Below, piece after piece: positions 9,858 to 23,200 of a DNA stretch of 64,000 nt. A model generated the notes under the pieces. The model searched no databases and had not been told where the DNA came from. It worked only from the letters and a program-made list of their open reading frames with translations. Location: IMG/VR virus record IMGVR_UViG_3300012016_000001, positions 64,001 through 128,000 of that record, one strand, 5' to 3'. Both the position numbers and the translations under genes were made by a program. Position 1 is the stretch's first letter, and each line of letters begins with the position of its first letter. This DNA comes from a virus (lineage: Duplodnaviria; Heunggongvirae; Uroviricota; Caudoviricetes).

Positions 9858-12800
9858 ACACAGTTTATTTTGAATTGAATAGTACTCGTTCTCATTAGTT
9901 CACTAAGTACAGCTGCTGGATTATTAGCGTTTAATAACATCTTTATTTGAGCTAAGTATGTAGAATAAGGATTTCCAAGCAAGAAATAACCTCTCTAAGC
10001 TGCAAACCTACCTAATCTGTCTAAGTTAGTTTCTCCGGAAACAGTTGGTAACATGGATGGAATTTCAACATACTTATATCCTTTACGCATATAATATCTA
10101 GGAACTCCATCTTTTATCATAATTACTACTGGAGCAGTCTATCCTTCTAAACTGCTAACAGTCTTTGCTTGAGCTAAAAATAAGTCTCTAGCAGTAAAGT
10201 TGAATAATTCATCAACATCTTCTCCTTTGTGGTCCATTTCTCCTATATACTTTAAATATCTATTTATTAAGCTATTTCCTTTTCTATCAAACTCATTTAT
10301 AAAGTTCTCAAATGCCTTAGTTAGTCTATCAGAACCATATCTATTGTTATTTACAACTAAATTGTATAAAGCAAACCAATCAGCTAGGTTATGACTTCCA
10401 AATTCAATATTACTTAACTATCCTAATGCTTTAGAATACTTAGCTAACTGAATAGTAGTATACGCTGAATCTGCGCTCATATTAATATTAGTTTTCCATA
10501 TAGGTACATCTCCATCCATATCCCTAGTTAAAGATTGTATAAATTCATTATTCCTTAATTGAACATTAATAGCACTATCTTGGAATAGATTACCGTTCTA
10601 CAATCCAGGAATTACTACATTTTCAAAATAGTATTTAAAACTAGCTATAGATTCTTCAGAATTTATATTTAAAGTGCCACTATTAGTCTACCTAACTAAC
10701 TATCTATTACTATTAAACAACCTAGCTCCTTTATTTATAGGAAGTTTAAAACTCTCTTTTTCGGTTATAAATTTAGTAATAATAAGTTTAGAAGCAAACT
10801 TTAGTATACTTGAATAAAGATCTGTATCAATATATGTATTTGGATTTTCACTTCTTATCTTTCTTATAGCACTTTGTAAAATTCTACTCTTTGTAGAGAA
10901 AGCATTTACAGTACATTCACTTCCAAGAAGCCTGAACATATTACTAAAGTGTGGTATATAGTCAGCTGCTGCAAATATATTTACACTATGCTTTATATAA
11001 TTATAATATTCACTAGTAAGTCTTCTATAACTATATTCTTCTCCTAGAACAGGATTTCCTTTATCATCAGTTATTATTTTTCCAGTTTCATCTACTTTAG
11101 GTAATCTAACTGTAGCATCTTGTAACCATTTAACTGGATCAAAATTACCATTAGCTACTAACATGTACTTCTCTACATTCTTAGAACCTACCTTATTTAC
11201 AAAGGCATCTAGATTGAATGTTCCATCTTGGCTAACTAATTTAACTGCTTTTTCCCTTTGTTCTATATTGCTTCTAAAACGTTGTAAAGCACTCTCCAAG
11301 TCTTCTGTTTTACCAAGTAATCCTTGGTTAATACTCAACATTTTACCAAAGTTACTAAATTCATTAGCCCCTTCAAATACTTTTTCGAACTCGTTAACAT
11401 CTGCAAGCATATTATTAATCTATGCAAGAGACATATTATCTGGAAGAGCCTATCCAATTATAGTTTCTTTATTTGGAGCTAGATCCTTATCTTGTTGTAC
11501 TATAGATTCTCTTAAGTTAGTTAAATAATTCTTTAGATCTCCAATTACTTTTGCGGGTTTAGTATCATTACCAGTAAACATATTAGGATTAGATAATCTA
11601 TCTATTAAATCTACAGCATCACTTGTCATAAATGCTACTATATCATTAATATCAAATCCTAAAGACATTAAATAAAGATAACATTTAGCTAATTTACTTC
11701 CAGCATTAATCTTAGCTAGAATAAGCTCTTTAGCATTATCAGTTGCAGCAGAAATCATCTAACTATTAATGTTGTCAGTTTTAATATTAGGATTTAGCTT
11801 ATTTTTTATTAGGCTATTTATAAAGGTTTCTACTGCTGTTTCTCTTTCTTTTCTCTTCTCTGGAGTATCAGTTTCGTCAAATATAGCTTTTATACCTTCT
11901 ATATTTATATCTGGAAGCATTCTTATCGATGTATCTACAGGTTTGAAATCATCTGAGCTTCTACCAATAATACGCTTAGTATTAAATTCAAACCTTGCAA
12001 ATTCTAAATCAGAATGTGGTGTTACTATTAACTCTCCATTTTCCACAGTATAATCAACCCCTTCTCTAGCTTTTTTGATTACATCATTTACATAAAAGTT
12101 CCACATAAACATAGCCTTTTGTCCAGTAGCTGCAATAGCAATAACACTTTTACCTGTCATATTTTGATATTGCATTTTATAAACTGCTAATGGATTAAGT
12201 AATGTAATTCCTAGTGCTTCTTTACCTTTAGGGCTATTATCGGATGCGTCTCTTAAATCTTCCATTTCTACGGGAATGTAAGAATCAGCTGCGTTTCTAA
12301 CGTGTTGGATAGTATTCTAAATATGGGAAGATACAAAGTTACGTAGAGCCATAGGTCTAACTCCAACTGGAATCTATACACTGTGATGTCTGTTTAAAAC
12401 TTCTCTTACATTTTCTATGTAATTGTCTTTACAGTATATCTTAGTATTATCACCTAATTTATTAAGGATGTCCGCGTAAAGATTTATTTTATGTACTCTA
12501 TCATTAATTTCTTGTTGTTCATTCTCATACTTATGTATTTTTAGCCTATCTTCTATTTCATGCAACTATTGAACCTATGCAGTAATATCTAGTCCTTCTT
12601 TTGGATCTGAAGTTCTTGTAATAACTACATCAGGATTAGGCATAGATAAGTACTCAGAAGCTTTAATAGTTTCAATACTAGTATAATCAAATAGACTACT
12701 CCATCCTATATATGAACCATTGTCATCAAATGCAAGCCCCATTATATAAGCTTTATCAATATCATAGTCAGAACCTTGTAACCAAGTCTACCAGTGAGAA

Positions 12801-15800
12801 ACATATGCCTAGTTACTTCCTTCCCCAGAAAAGCCTACAAGCGTCATATTCATAAATGACTGTAACGTTTGAGCTGGAATACGAGAAGCAGTGAATCCTG
12901 TAGAGCGCATAAAAGATGCTTTTCTCTTTTTACTGAGTTTATTTATATACTCCTTAGTATAAGATTCATTTAAGTCTTTAAGTCCTCCCTTTTTAAATAC
13001 AAGAGCGTCTCCTTGCTAAACCATCTTGAAGTTATCAGAAATCTTAATTTTTCCTCCAGATGCTTCAGGTATTTGATATATAATACCATCATATAGATTA
13101 GTTAAATAACTACTTAACTCAGGATCATACAAGAACTCATCTGCCATTTTTGACATGACGTTCTTTAGTCTTCTAGTTCTAGAAACACTGACTCTATCAT
13201 TATTAATTGTCATTAGTTCATATGAGTCAGCCTAATATATATCACGTATAATTTTTCTAGTAAGATTAGTAATACCTTTATCTATATCAGCTGCTTTTTG
13301 TTGCTCAGTTTCTTTAAAACTTTGCATAGCTCTCTACATTTCTTGGGTGTTTATATTAAAGACTGCATGTCTAATATGTTTACCCTTAGAATCTTGAGTT
13401 ACTCTATGTTTAGTTACAAATTCAATATACTCAATTACTTCTCCAGAAGGATTAACTGAGAATCTACCTTCTATTACTTTGTCTCCCTATTTATATACTT
13501 TATTTACAGAATCATAAGTTAAGTCTTTTCTAACAATATCCCTACCTACTTGGAATAATTTCCTTCCATCATCATCCATTGCAAAAACATCATTAACTAC
13601 AATGTCATTGGCTCTTCTATGATTAGTTTCTCTATGAAGCTTACCCCAGGATGAAATTTTATATTCTGTTCCTTCTATAGAACTACTAGATAAGTCCCTA
13701 TCTATAGATATATAAGTATGTCTTCCATTACCTTTCATCATTATTAAGTCATAGAAGTCCTAATTAATAGCGCTAGAACGAACTTGTCTATCTTTAGAAG
13801 CAAAGAAAGACTTAGACATATTTAGTACTTCTGCTAAAGACATATGTTGGTTAATTCCAAACTTTGTCTGATATATATTAGACATAATAAGTTCAGCAGG
13901 CGTATTATGTAATACTATATCATAGGTCTTTTCTCCAACTGTCCACTTTCCTTTATCTAGTTGGTCAAGTAACTACTATGTCTTAGGATTCTTGTTATTT
14001 TTAAAGGCTTCTATACATTCGTCTGTATCAAATATATTTGTTACTCTCTGACGTCCTTGTTCATCTGTCCATTCCCACCAAATCTTTGTTGGAGCTAGAT
14101 TACGTGCAATATGTAGATTCTTTCTAAAACCTGTTATAGTAACAGGAATGCCTAGTTTTTTCTATACATATGCTCTTGGATCAGCTTTAAAGTTATAATA
14201 GTCTTTTATTTCGTTTAAAGTAACATCTAACCAATGTTCTTTACCTTCAGCATCCTTATATCTAATTCCTATATTATCAGTAGGCATAAATGTTTCTAGA
14301 TAATATTTAAAATCAGGTAATTTGCCAGGTTCATTAGGAATACTATAATAATATTTATCCTTATTATAATCATCAGTAACTTTCTAAAGAAAAGCTTTTA
14401 CTATTTTGGAATTAAAGATATGAGCGTCAAATCTATTAGTAGAATCTAAATATAACTACTCAAAGTATTGATGATATGGATGTGCTAATACTTCTTCTAC
14501 TGCCTCTTTCTTTTCTTCTTCATCTTCAGCTTCTTCTGCAACTGATTGTAGATAAGCATACTCTTTATATGCTTCAAGAGCCTCTCTCTTTATATCATCA
14601 TACTAATAAGTTCTGCCACCTATTTCGTATATTGTTGCAACTTCATATCCTGGAGATATAACAGCTCCTAATCCTGGATATTTTTTACGTATTGATTTTT
14701 TTGTTATAACTGAAGCATAAGTAGACAAAATACTACTATAGATATTATCATCACTGAATGGAATTTTAAATAAATCCATATCATGCGTACTAGTTAGATT
14801 AAATTTAGCTTTAATTTGACCTAAAATAGCCTCAGCTAGTCCAGACTTACCACTACCCATTTTTATGTTGTCAAGAATAGTCTTTCCTACAATATCATAT
14901 AAGGCATCTCTAGCCTAAATTTTAGCTTGAGCAATATGCTATTTAATTGTTTCTATTTCAGATACTAAATTAGAAGTATTAAGATCAGGATATTCCTTTT
15001 TAGGAAACTCATCTTCGAAAGCTTTAATAAGACTTTTCTAGTCATAATCTAATACTCTTTCTAATAGTGCAGTTACTTTTGTTTCTTTGTCTAGTCCTAT
15101 ATTTTTCTTAAACTATTCAATAAAAGGAGCTTCCTCAATAAGAGTTCCTGCTTTCTAATAGGCTTTAATAGCATCCATTTCGATCTTAGCCTCTGCAAGA
15201 GCGATTTGACCGAGAGCTTTATAAATACTTCCCACATAATCATGTACACGTCCTCCGGCATCTAGTGCTGATATAACCTAAGAGAATTCAGTCATTTCAG
15301 CTTCATCAGCTTCATGGTCAGCATCCATTTGAATACCATAATAACGTGTATCCATAGTTATATAGTCTAAATTTTCATCATTATAATATCTCTATGATGA
15401 ATTTCTATTACCAGCCCCATTTTTAATGGCACTATTATTACATAGATAGTCTATCATTAAATATTTAAGAGGTTGTACGTAGTTATCCTAGTTAAGTGCT
15501 GCATATTTAGTGAGACCTGCCTTTCTAATAGTTACATTATTTATAATGTTAGCTACTACATAGTTAGATGCTTCAGAAGCTCTTAATTCTTTTTTAGACT
15601 GTCCTGTAGAATCAACGACTTCTGTAATAGATTCACTATCTATGCCTCCAAACATTTCATGTAATTCATAAATACTATTTACTGTATGTAAGCCTCTGTC
15701 CAATTCCTCAAAAGCACTTAGTATATGGTCTTCTCTATAATGATTACCCTACATGTCAAAGTAATGATAAACCTTTTGCTATATATCTGGAGCTTCTCCG

Positions 15801-18800
15801 CTTTCAGTAACTATTCCCTCTATAGTATAATATGCAGACCTAGGTCTAATATTACTTTTTTCCTATACAGTTTCAAAACCAGCATCAGTAATAGCATAAT
15901 GGTTTCCTTCTGCTCCCATATAATAAAGCATTGTATTTCCATCAGTAATAGTACTAAATTTTATAGCTTTATCACTAGTATGCCCAGCTAAAGCGAATAT
16001 GTTTCCATCGAATTTAGTATACCCTTGTTTAACTGGTCTGCCATCACTCATTAATATTGGTTTCTTATTTATATCAGTTACGATTTCTCCAGTCTAGTCA
16101 TATAAAGCATCACTAATGACTTTTGACCAACTTTGGTTTGTCATTTTCATGAACATTTTACGCATAGATACAGGAGAACCTTCAGACTGTCTCATTAGAG
16201 TATTGGTCATAGTATGCGCTGCAAACTTAACAAGAGAAGCAGTCATATGTTCACCATCATAGTAATGCCATATAGGTTTCTTAATTGTACCTACTTCATT
16301 TTCTTGTAGTGACCAGTTTTCTAAAATAGATGTAATAGGATTTATCCAAGCTGAGCCATCATGTGCATCTATTCCATCTGATTTTCCAGTAAAATTAAAC
16401 ACTGCTGCTTTTATATCATCCATTACAGCTACTTTCATATGTGTACCTATACCCCTTATAGTACCCTGCATATAGTAACGCATAGTTGCAGGTATAATTA
16501 CATTACGTTTTAACTGTGCTCCTTGCCCAGCTGCCTCTACATAATAAAGTTGCTATTGTCTTACTTCTTCAAGTTCTTTAGCATACTTAGGTATTCTACT
16601 TATTAATTCTTCTAAATCACTGAATGACATACTCTCAAAGAAATAATCAGGATTTATTCCTCTTTCTTGAGCCATTTGTTTAGCTACTGGAATAATTTCG
16701 GTATTAACAGCTAAATCGTTATTTATTCTTTTTCTTATTTCTTTACCAAGGTTAGTTCCAATAAGTTGTTTATTCTTGTGATTTATTTCAGAACCAGTAA
16801 GTAGCATTCTCATACTATTATTTAGATAACTATTTACTAAGAAATACCTTTCTAAAAGAGGATTAAGCTACATATCTGGCTTTATATCCTGTACTTTTGT
16901 TATAGCATTACCTTCAGAGTCTTTAGCTAAAATTATATTTCCATCACTAGTTGCCCATCTTCCAGAGTAAGTAATTTTACTAAAAGCCATACCAGTAGGA
17001 GTATCGTCTTTTATTTTTCCATAAGAATCTATCTTCACTTTTTCAAATTTAAAACCTGTTTTTATTAAGTCAGTTAAGAACTTAACTTTTTCAGTCATTA
17101 GGCGTTTTCTAAACTCTTTTGGTGTGTATAATTCTAGTGCGTAATGTGCAAGAGACTCATTAAAAGCTAAAAAATTATGCTTTTTACCATTAGAATCTTT
17201 AGGCGAATTTGGTCTAAAGTGAGTATCTAAGTAGATGTCTACTTTAGCTGCTTTAGCTAAATTTATAAGTACTTTTTCTGCATCTTTACCTTCAGATATT
17301 GCTTTTTCAGAAAGTTGACGTAGTTTTTTGTCTACCTATTTTACTAACTATTTTATATTGTCTTTATTATATGTAATTAACTTTGTACTTGAATCAACTA
17401 CATAAGCTTGATCATATAAAGGCTATAAGTCAGTAAATATTTTAGCATAGTCACCTAATACATTTTTTAGTATAGCTCCATAAGCATATCCCATTTCATG
17501 TGCATACTTAGATTCTATATCAGATAATTCTGCTTGCATTAAGTCAAGTCCATTTATTTTAGTTTTAATTCTATAATTAATGAACTTTGTCTTATCAGAA
17601 TATGTAGTAGGTTGTATTATTATATAAGGACTATCTTCGATTAAAGGAAGAATGAACTTGTCCATTATAGCATGATAATAAAGTTCTCCTTCTTCCATAT
17701 TCTTTACCTATTTAGTAGCACCATTAGGTAATCTGACCTCGGTATCAATTACAGTACCAATAACTGCTGTTGGGTCTTCTGCAAATATATTATTATTTAA
17801 AGGTTGTCCAGCAGTAATATAAGGAGCATGCTGTGCGTCTTGTAATAACGTCTATAAGTTAGAGCCCATAAATGCTAATCCATAGTTAGGTAGACTATCT
17901 CCTAGTTGATTCTTGGTATTAGCAGTAGATATTTCTCCTGACATTATGTGTTTTATATCTATATAATTCTATAACCAATTTTGCCCACTAGTTAAAGTAA
18001 CTAGGGTATTACCTAATTCAGAAAGCTTCCATATTTCTTTCCATGAGTAATCACTTTGAGAAATGTCAGAAATTTTAAATACTGGATATAGATTTTTATC
18101 AGCTATAAATCTAGCTAAATCTGTTCTGTTATATATTGTACCTGGATTCTCTAATTCTTTTTCAAATTTTTTATGAATGTCATTTACAACTAATCCTCTA
18201 GTAGCAGTAGCTAAAGCATTAGCTACACCTGTAGGATATTTAGATTTAAATAAGAAATACTCTAGTAGGCCGTTTTCATCTAAAGTAAAATGTGTTCCTG
18301 CTAAGTCATCAATAAAACGAAGTACATTCATAAAATCTGCATTAGTACCCTCTTGGTTATCAATTATAGCTTTACGTCTTTTATATGTAGAAACATCATG
18401 TTTATTAAGAAAAGAACCGAGACTAAGAAATTGAGATTCGTCTTTACCCTTGACCTCTATTGTAATATTCTTATCTTCTGAAGCTTTACTTAATAAGCCA
18501 TACTTATTACTAGCTAAAGACTCCATTCCATTTACTCTAGTCTGAACTGTAACTCTTACAGTAGTTCCATTAATATCTATAGTATAAACAGATTGAGCTT
18601 CGTCTACGTTAGAAGTAAATGTATACGGAAAATCTGAGTCAGTACTAATATTATTTCTATTTACAGAGTTTAAATGATTAAATAATTCTCTCTTACTAGA
18701 GTACTTTCTTTTAATTCTAGTAACTAATTCACCATTATCCACTGTAGTTTCAAGATAATTCATGCTAGTAGAAGATAATACTTGGGCAGATAAACTATCT

Positions 18801-20221
18801 ACTAAAGAATATCTATTAGTTATACCATGTTTTCTATTGTAACTCTATTCTATTTTATATAGTGAATTAGGACGTGCAAATACAAAGTCATATACTGCAT
18901 CTAGTACCTAAAAATCAAAATCATTTATTCCAAACTTAGAAAGCTATCCATATAATCCAGTTTTTACATTATCTGTATTACCTTCTTTTAGATGTTGTTT
19001 GTAAGCATCATGAATATTATGTAATATTGTTTTTAGACTTTCTGTAGGATTATTTGAGTAACCAACAAGTAACTTATACATATTACTAGTAGTTGGAAAT
19101 CCAGATACTACATCAAATAATGATGTGAAAGTATTTAAGAAATTAACAGGAGTTAATTTAGTATCCTTAATAGGAATTAATTGTATTAAGAACTTAGAAA
19201 AATTTCCCATTTCTCTTATAGCATCACGTACATCTACTTCCCATCCTTGTACTCTATTTTCAGTATCCTTTCCGAAATGATATTTATAAGATACTTCACC
19301 ATCTTCATCTATTTCAATAATATTTTTCTATTTACTAGAACTTACGTAATCTCCTATAGAATCTTTTATTAAATCATCAAAGTAAACTAAAGTAAGATAG
19401 GCATTCATAGCTTCGAAGAATGAAGGAATCTCTCCCATTTTGTATTCTGGATTAAGGCTTTGACTCATCCAATCTTCTTCTATATCACCTTGTAATGTTC
19501 CTACTCTTCTCTTATACTCTATAACTTGATACATTTTATCCAGGGTAGACTGATATTTCTTTACCAGTTCATTTCCTGTATACGCGTATCCAGCTAAGTC
19601 TGAGACACCTAGAGCTTTTAAATATTTAAGAATAATTCTAAACTTATCTTTCTATAAGTTTTTTATATGTTCATTTAAACTTTCAACAGTATCTACTATT
19701 TGGTTTTCTTCAGCCTCAGTATCTATGACAGTTCTTAAAGCAATTTCATCCCTAATTTGGTCTCTAAAGAATTTTTCTGCCTATCTATTATTAAGGAAAA
19801 AAGTACTTAAGGCACGTCCTAGTTTCATTCTATGACGTTCCTAAGCATTTTCAGTAACTCCAATAAGTGCTTCTAAAGGTTCTTCAGATTCCCTTTGTAT
19901 TCCAAGTTTTGGAAAAAATTCTATTTCTAGACCTTTTCTTAATAATTCTGATTGATGTCCACCAAGAGTTAGGTCAAATCCTTTGGTTTCCATTTCTGTG
20001 GATCCTAATTCGGTTAATACTTTTTCTATAAATTTTACCATAGAATCCTTAAAACTATCAGGTTGTAAAGACGTATTTTCACTTAAGCTAAAGCTAGTAA
20101 AATCATCTTTAAATCTATCTATTAAAATATTAAGCAAGTCATCCACAGACTTAGCTTCCTTCACACTTGAAGGAAGCACTATTTGGTCTGTGTCTTTTAT
20201 ATTAGGTTTCTTACAACTCAT
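9854..20221 (-). CDS. Virion-packaged single-polypeptide double-psi beta-barrel RNA polymerase, crAss/phi14:2 gp66-like, 3455 aa (TAG=Gln)
   Basis: Seventeen track fragments from 10700 to 19841 share one frame. The catalytic motif GSDYDIDK is at 12752-12775, preceded by 'ASRIPAQ'. Start MSCKK at 20221; stop TGA at 9854 overlapping the next ATG. Confidence 0.88.
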
Positions 20222-20223
20222 AA

Positions 20224-23200
20224 TTAACTTTTTAATGTACAAGAAGTTTTATAAGCCTCTATAATTCTAGATAACAAATCTTTTGCATCTTCATCTGTAT
20301 CTGGATAATTTTTAACTAAGTTATTTAAAGCTTTATCAAAACTTTCAGTTCCAATTACTAAGGACACTTTATTATTGTTTATTGCCCATTTCTTTAAATA
20401 ACCTTCCTTAATTTCTCTAGCTAATGCTTGTGCAGCTTCACTATAATCTTCATTATCTTTATAATTATCAAGAAGTCTCTCTATATCTTTAATTATTGCA
20501 TTAGGTTTAACAATCACTTTTTTGTTCTTCTCTTCAACTTTAGGTTGTGGATTTATTAAGGAATCAGCAGTAATAGTACCATTTACATATCGTAACTCCC
20601 ATTTCTTTGATCCATCACTTACTATTAATGATTTTCCGTCTCTAATTATTTCATTAACAGCCTTTAATTCTGGATAAGAGTCTGTTAAGTATGTAACTTT
20701 AACAGTATTTCCATCATACTGTAATCCTGTGATTACTTTAGATAAATCTATAGACTTAGTAGGCTGTGTTTCAATAATTTTTTGTTCATGTGGACGAATC
20801 ATCTAAGTTTCAATTTCTTCAATATCCTTCTAAACATCTCCAAATTCAAAGTTTTCAGCATTATCTATAATACCTAAAGTTTGTAATGTTCCAAGAGTTT
20901 CTTTTAGAGGACTTTCTGGTTTTAAGTTACCAGGCTTAATTGGCTCTACTACAGGAGCCTCATCCACTGGTTCAAAATTCCATTCTAAGATAGGTCCACC
21001 AGGTAGAGCATCACTCAAGAATAAGGCTGAGTTAGTTGCACTATATGCAAATAATTCACCATAGTTTTTATTTCTAATTATTATTGGGTCAGAGAACATA
21101 CCCTATTTATAGATTGCATCCTCTGAAGTTTCCTATTTATAATTGAAATCATTATAATGTTCTGAAGACTAGGCTACTATTCCATGAAATATAAGATTAA
21201 ATAAGTTATCTAAACGCTAGTCAATATAACCTATTTCTCCATCATCTGTTCTAGAGTGCTCAAAACTTATATAACCAGGTAATCCAGTAATATCAGGGTC
21301 ATTATTCCTTAATAATCCTTTTTTACCTTTATATTCAAAAGCTTCATCAAGTTCAGTATAATCTATATCGTGTTTAGCCTACCCTTCTAAAGCATATCCA
21401 ATATGGAATGTTGGGTTTTCCTAATCATTATATTGATTTAAGAACTGCTGTTTACCAAGAGCTGCTTTTCTATATAGATTGTGTGCTATATTCATTAAGG
21501 CTATTGGGAAAGCATCAACAAGAGCTTGAGGTCCAAATGTTACATCTATAACACGGTTATCAACTCCAAGAGAAACTTTACCTCGTCCAGATAAGTCATT
21601 TGCCCAGCCTTTTACTTCATTATAGTCTATTTGGGAGTCTATATCTAACTTTTTGGCATCTGGGAAGAACTCATAGACTACTTTATCAAATAAATTGGTT
21701 ATGAAATTAGTATATTGTTCAGCTAATTCAGGGTTAAGATATATTCCATTTGGATTTACTTTATCATAGAATGGATTATCTGTTCTAATATTAGTTAGTT
21801 TCCTAATATAAGCTCCACTTTTTGTACTATATCCTATTCTGAACTAACGTACCTTTGTAGCTAAAGAGTCATTAAATTCTCTGATTTTAATAACTTGATC
21901 TACTAAAGGCATAGCAGTATTCTTTCTAAGCCAATTATTATAAGCATCTTCGTCTACATACTGAGAACCTAATTCCTATTTAGCAGTTTCATAATACTAT
22001 TCATCTGCTTTAGCGTAGTTTATTAAATCTTCTTTTGTCCAGTTATTAGCTTCTAATAATTTCTATACTTCGTCATTAAATGCTGTAAGGTTTGCTCTGA
22101 AGTTCCATAAAGAGGCAAACATTCTTATAGCATTATGTCTTAATCGTACAGGTAAACTAAAGTCATTTTCTTTTCCTGCCTTTCTATATGCCTATTTATA
22201 TATCTCTTGAAAAGTTCTTCTATATAAAGAGTTAAAAGATACTCCAGCATTATGTAATACAAACATTCTTACTTGGGGTTTATTATTCTTCCTATCTCTC
22301 TATTGATTTTGCCAAGTTGTATATAAATCTTCTGGTCTTATATTAGGATTAGCTGATGCAAATACTACAGGTTTTCCCTTAAGATTTTTACTAAGAGTTG
22401 GATTAAGTCCTTCTAGTGCTCCTGTAACTATAAATACAGGGCTAACTGACATATTAGCGGTTCTATCTTCCCATTCATTATATCCTCCATCTAGTGCCCC
22501 TAAACGTATCTCATTTCTTATCAGACCTCTAGCATTTGCTTGAGAATTTGGAATCTATAGTAATTGAGTCTTACCAGTAAATTTAGGTCTTTTAATTTTA
22601 ATTTCACCTTGATTAACTAAATTTTGCAGTTTAATTCTATAGTCCTCAATTTCTGCTCTTTTAGCTGTTAGTTCATCGTTAGTAAGACCTTCTTCGTTTT
22701 TATTAACATATTCAAGCCATTTATCTGGATTTGCTATAGCTCCTAATGTTATAGTAACTGGATCACCCTTAGATTTAATTCTTGCCTATATAGATAGAAC
22801 TTTCTTCTTACCATCTGGACCTTCTATAAATGAAGTCTACTTATCATCTGCTGTAGTACGTCCAACTAGACTATGAGTATTAGGATCATAATCTTCCGCC
22901 ACTGCATAGAATTCAACATTTTCTGGAGTAAAATCTTTTTTATTAAATAAATCCCTTACTCTATGTGGAAGAATATTATATGTATCCTCCATGTCCATGT
23001 CAAACGTAAATATGGCACGTAAAGCAGATAAAGCTCTAACAAGTTCTCGTCTCTCGGCTCTATTAGAGGCTGCAACAGTTCCTCTACCTCCAAATATACC
23101 TATATCTCTACGTTCTCCTGTTAATATCCATTTACCTTTGTCCCCTATTGTAGCTCCCCCTAAGAATTGTATATTACTATACGCTCTATAACTTACAGGA

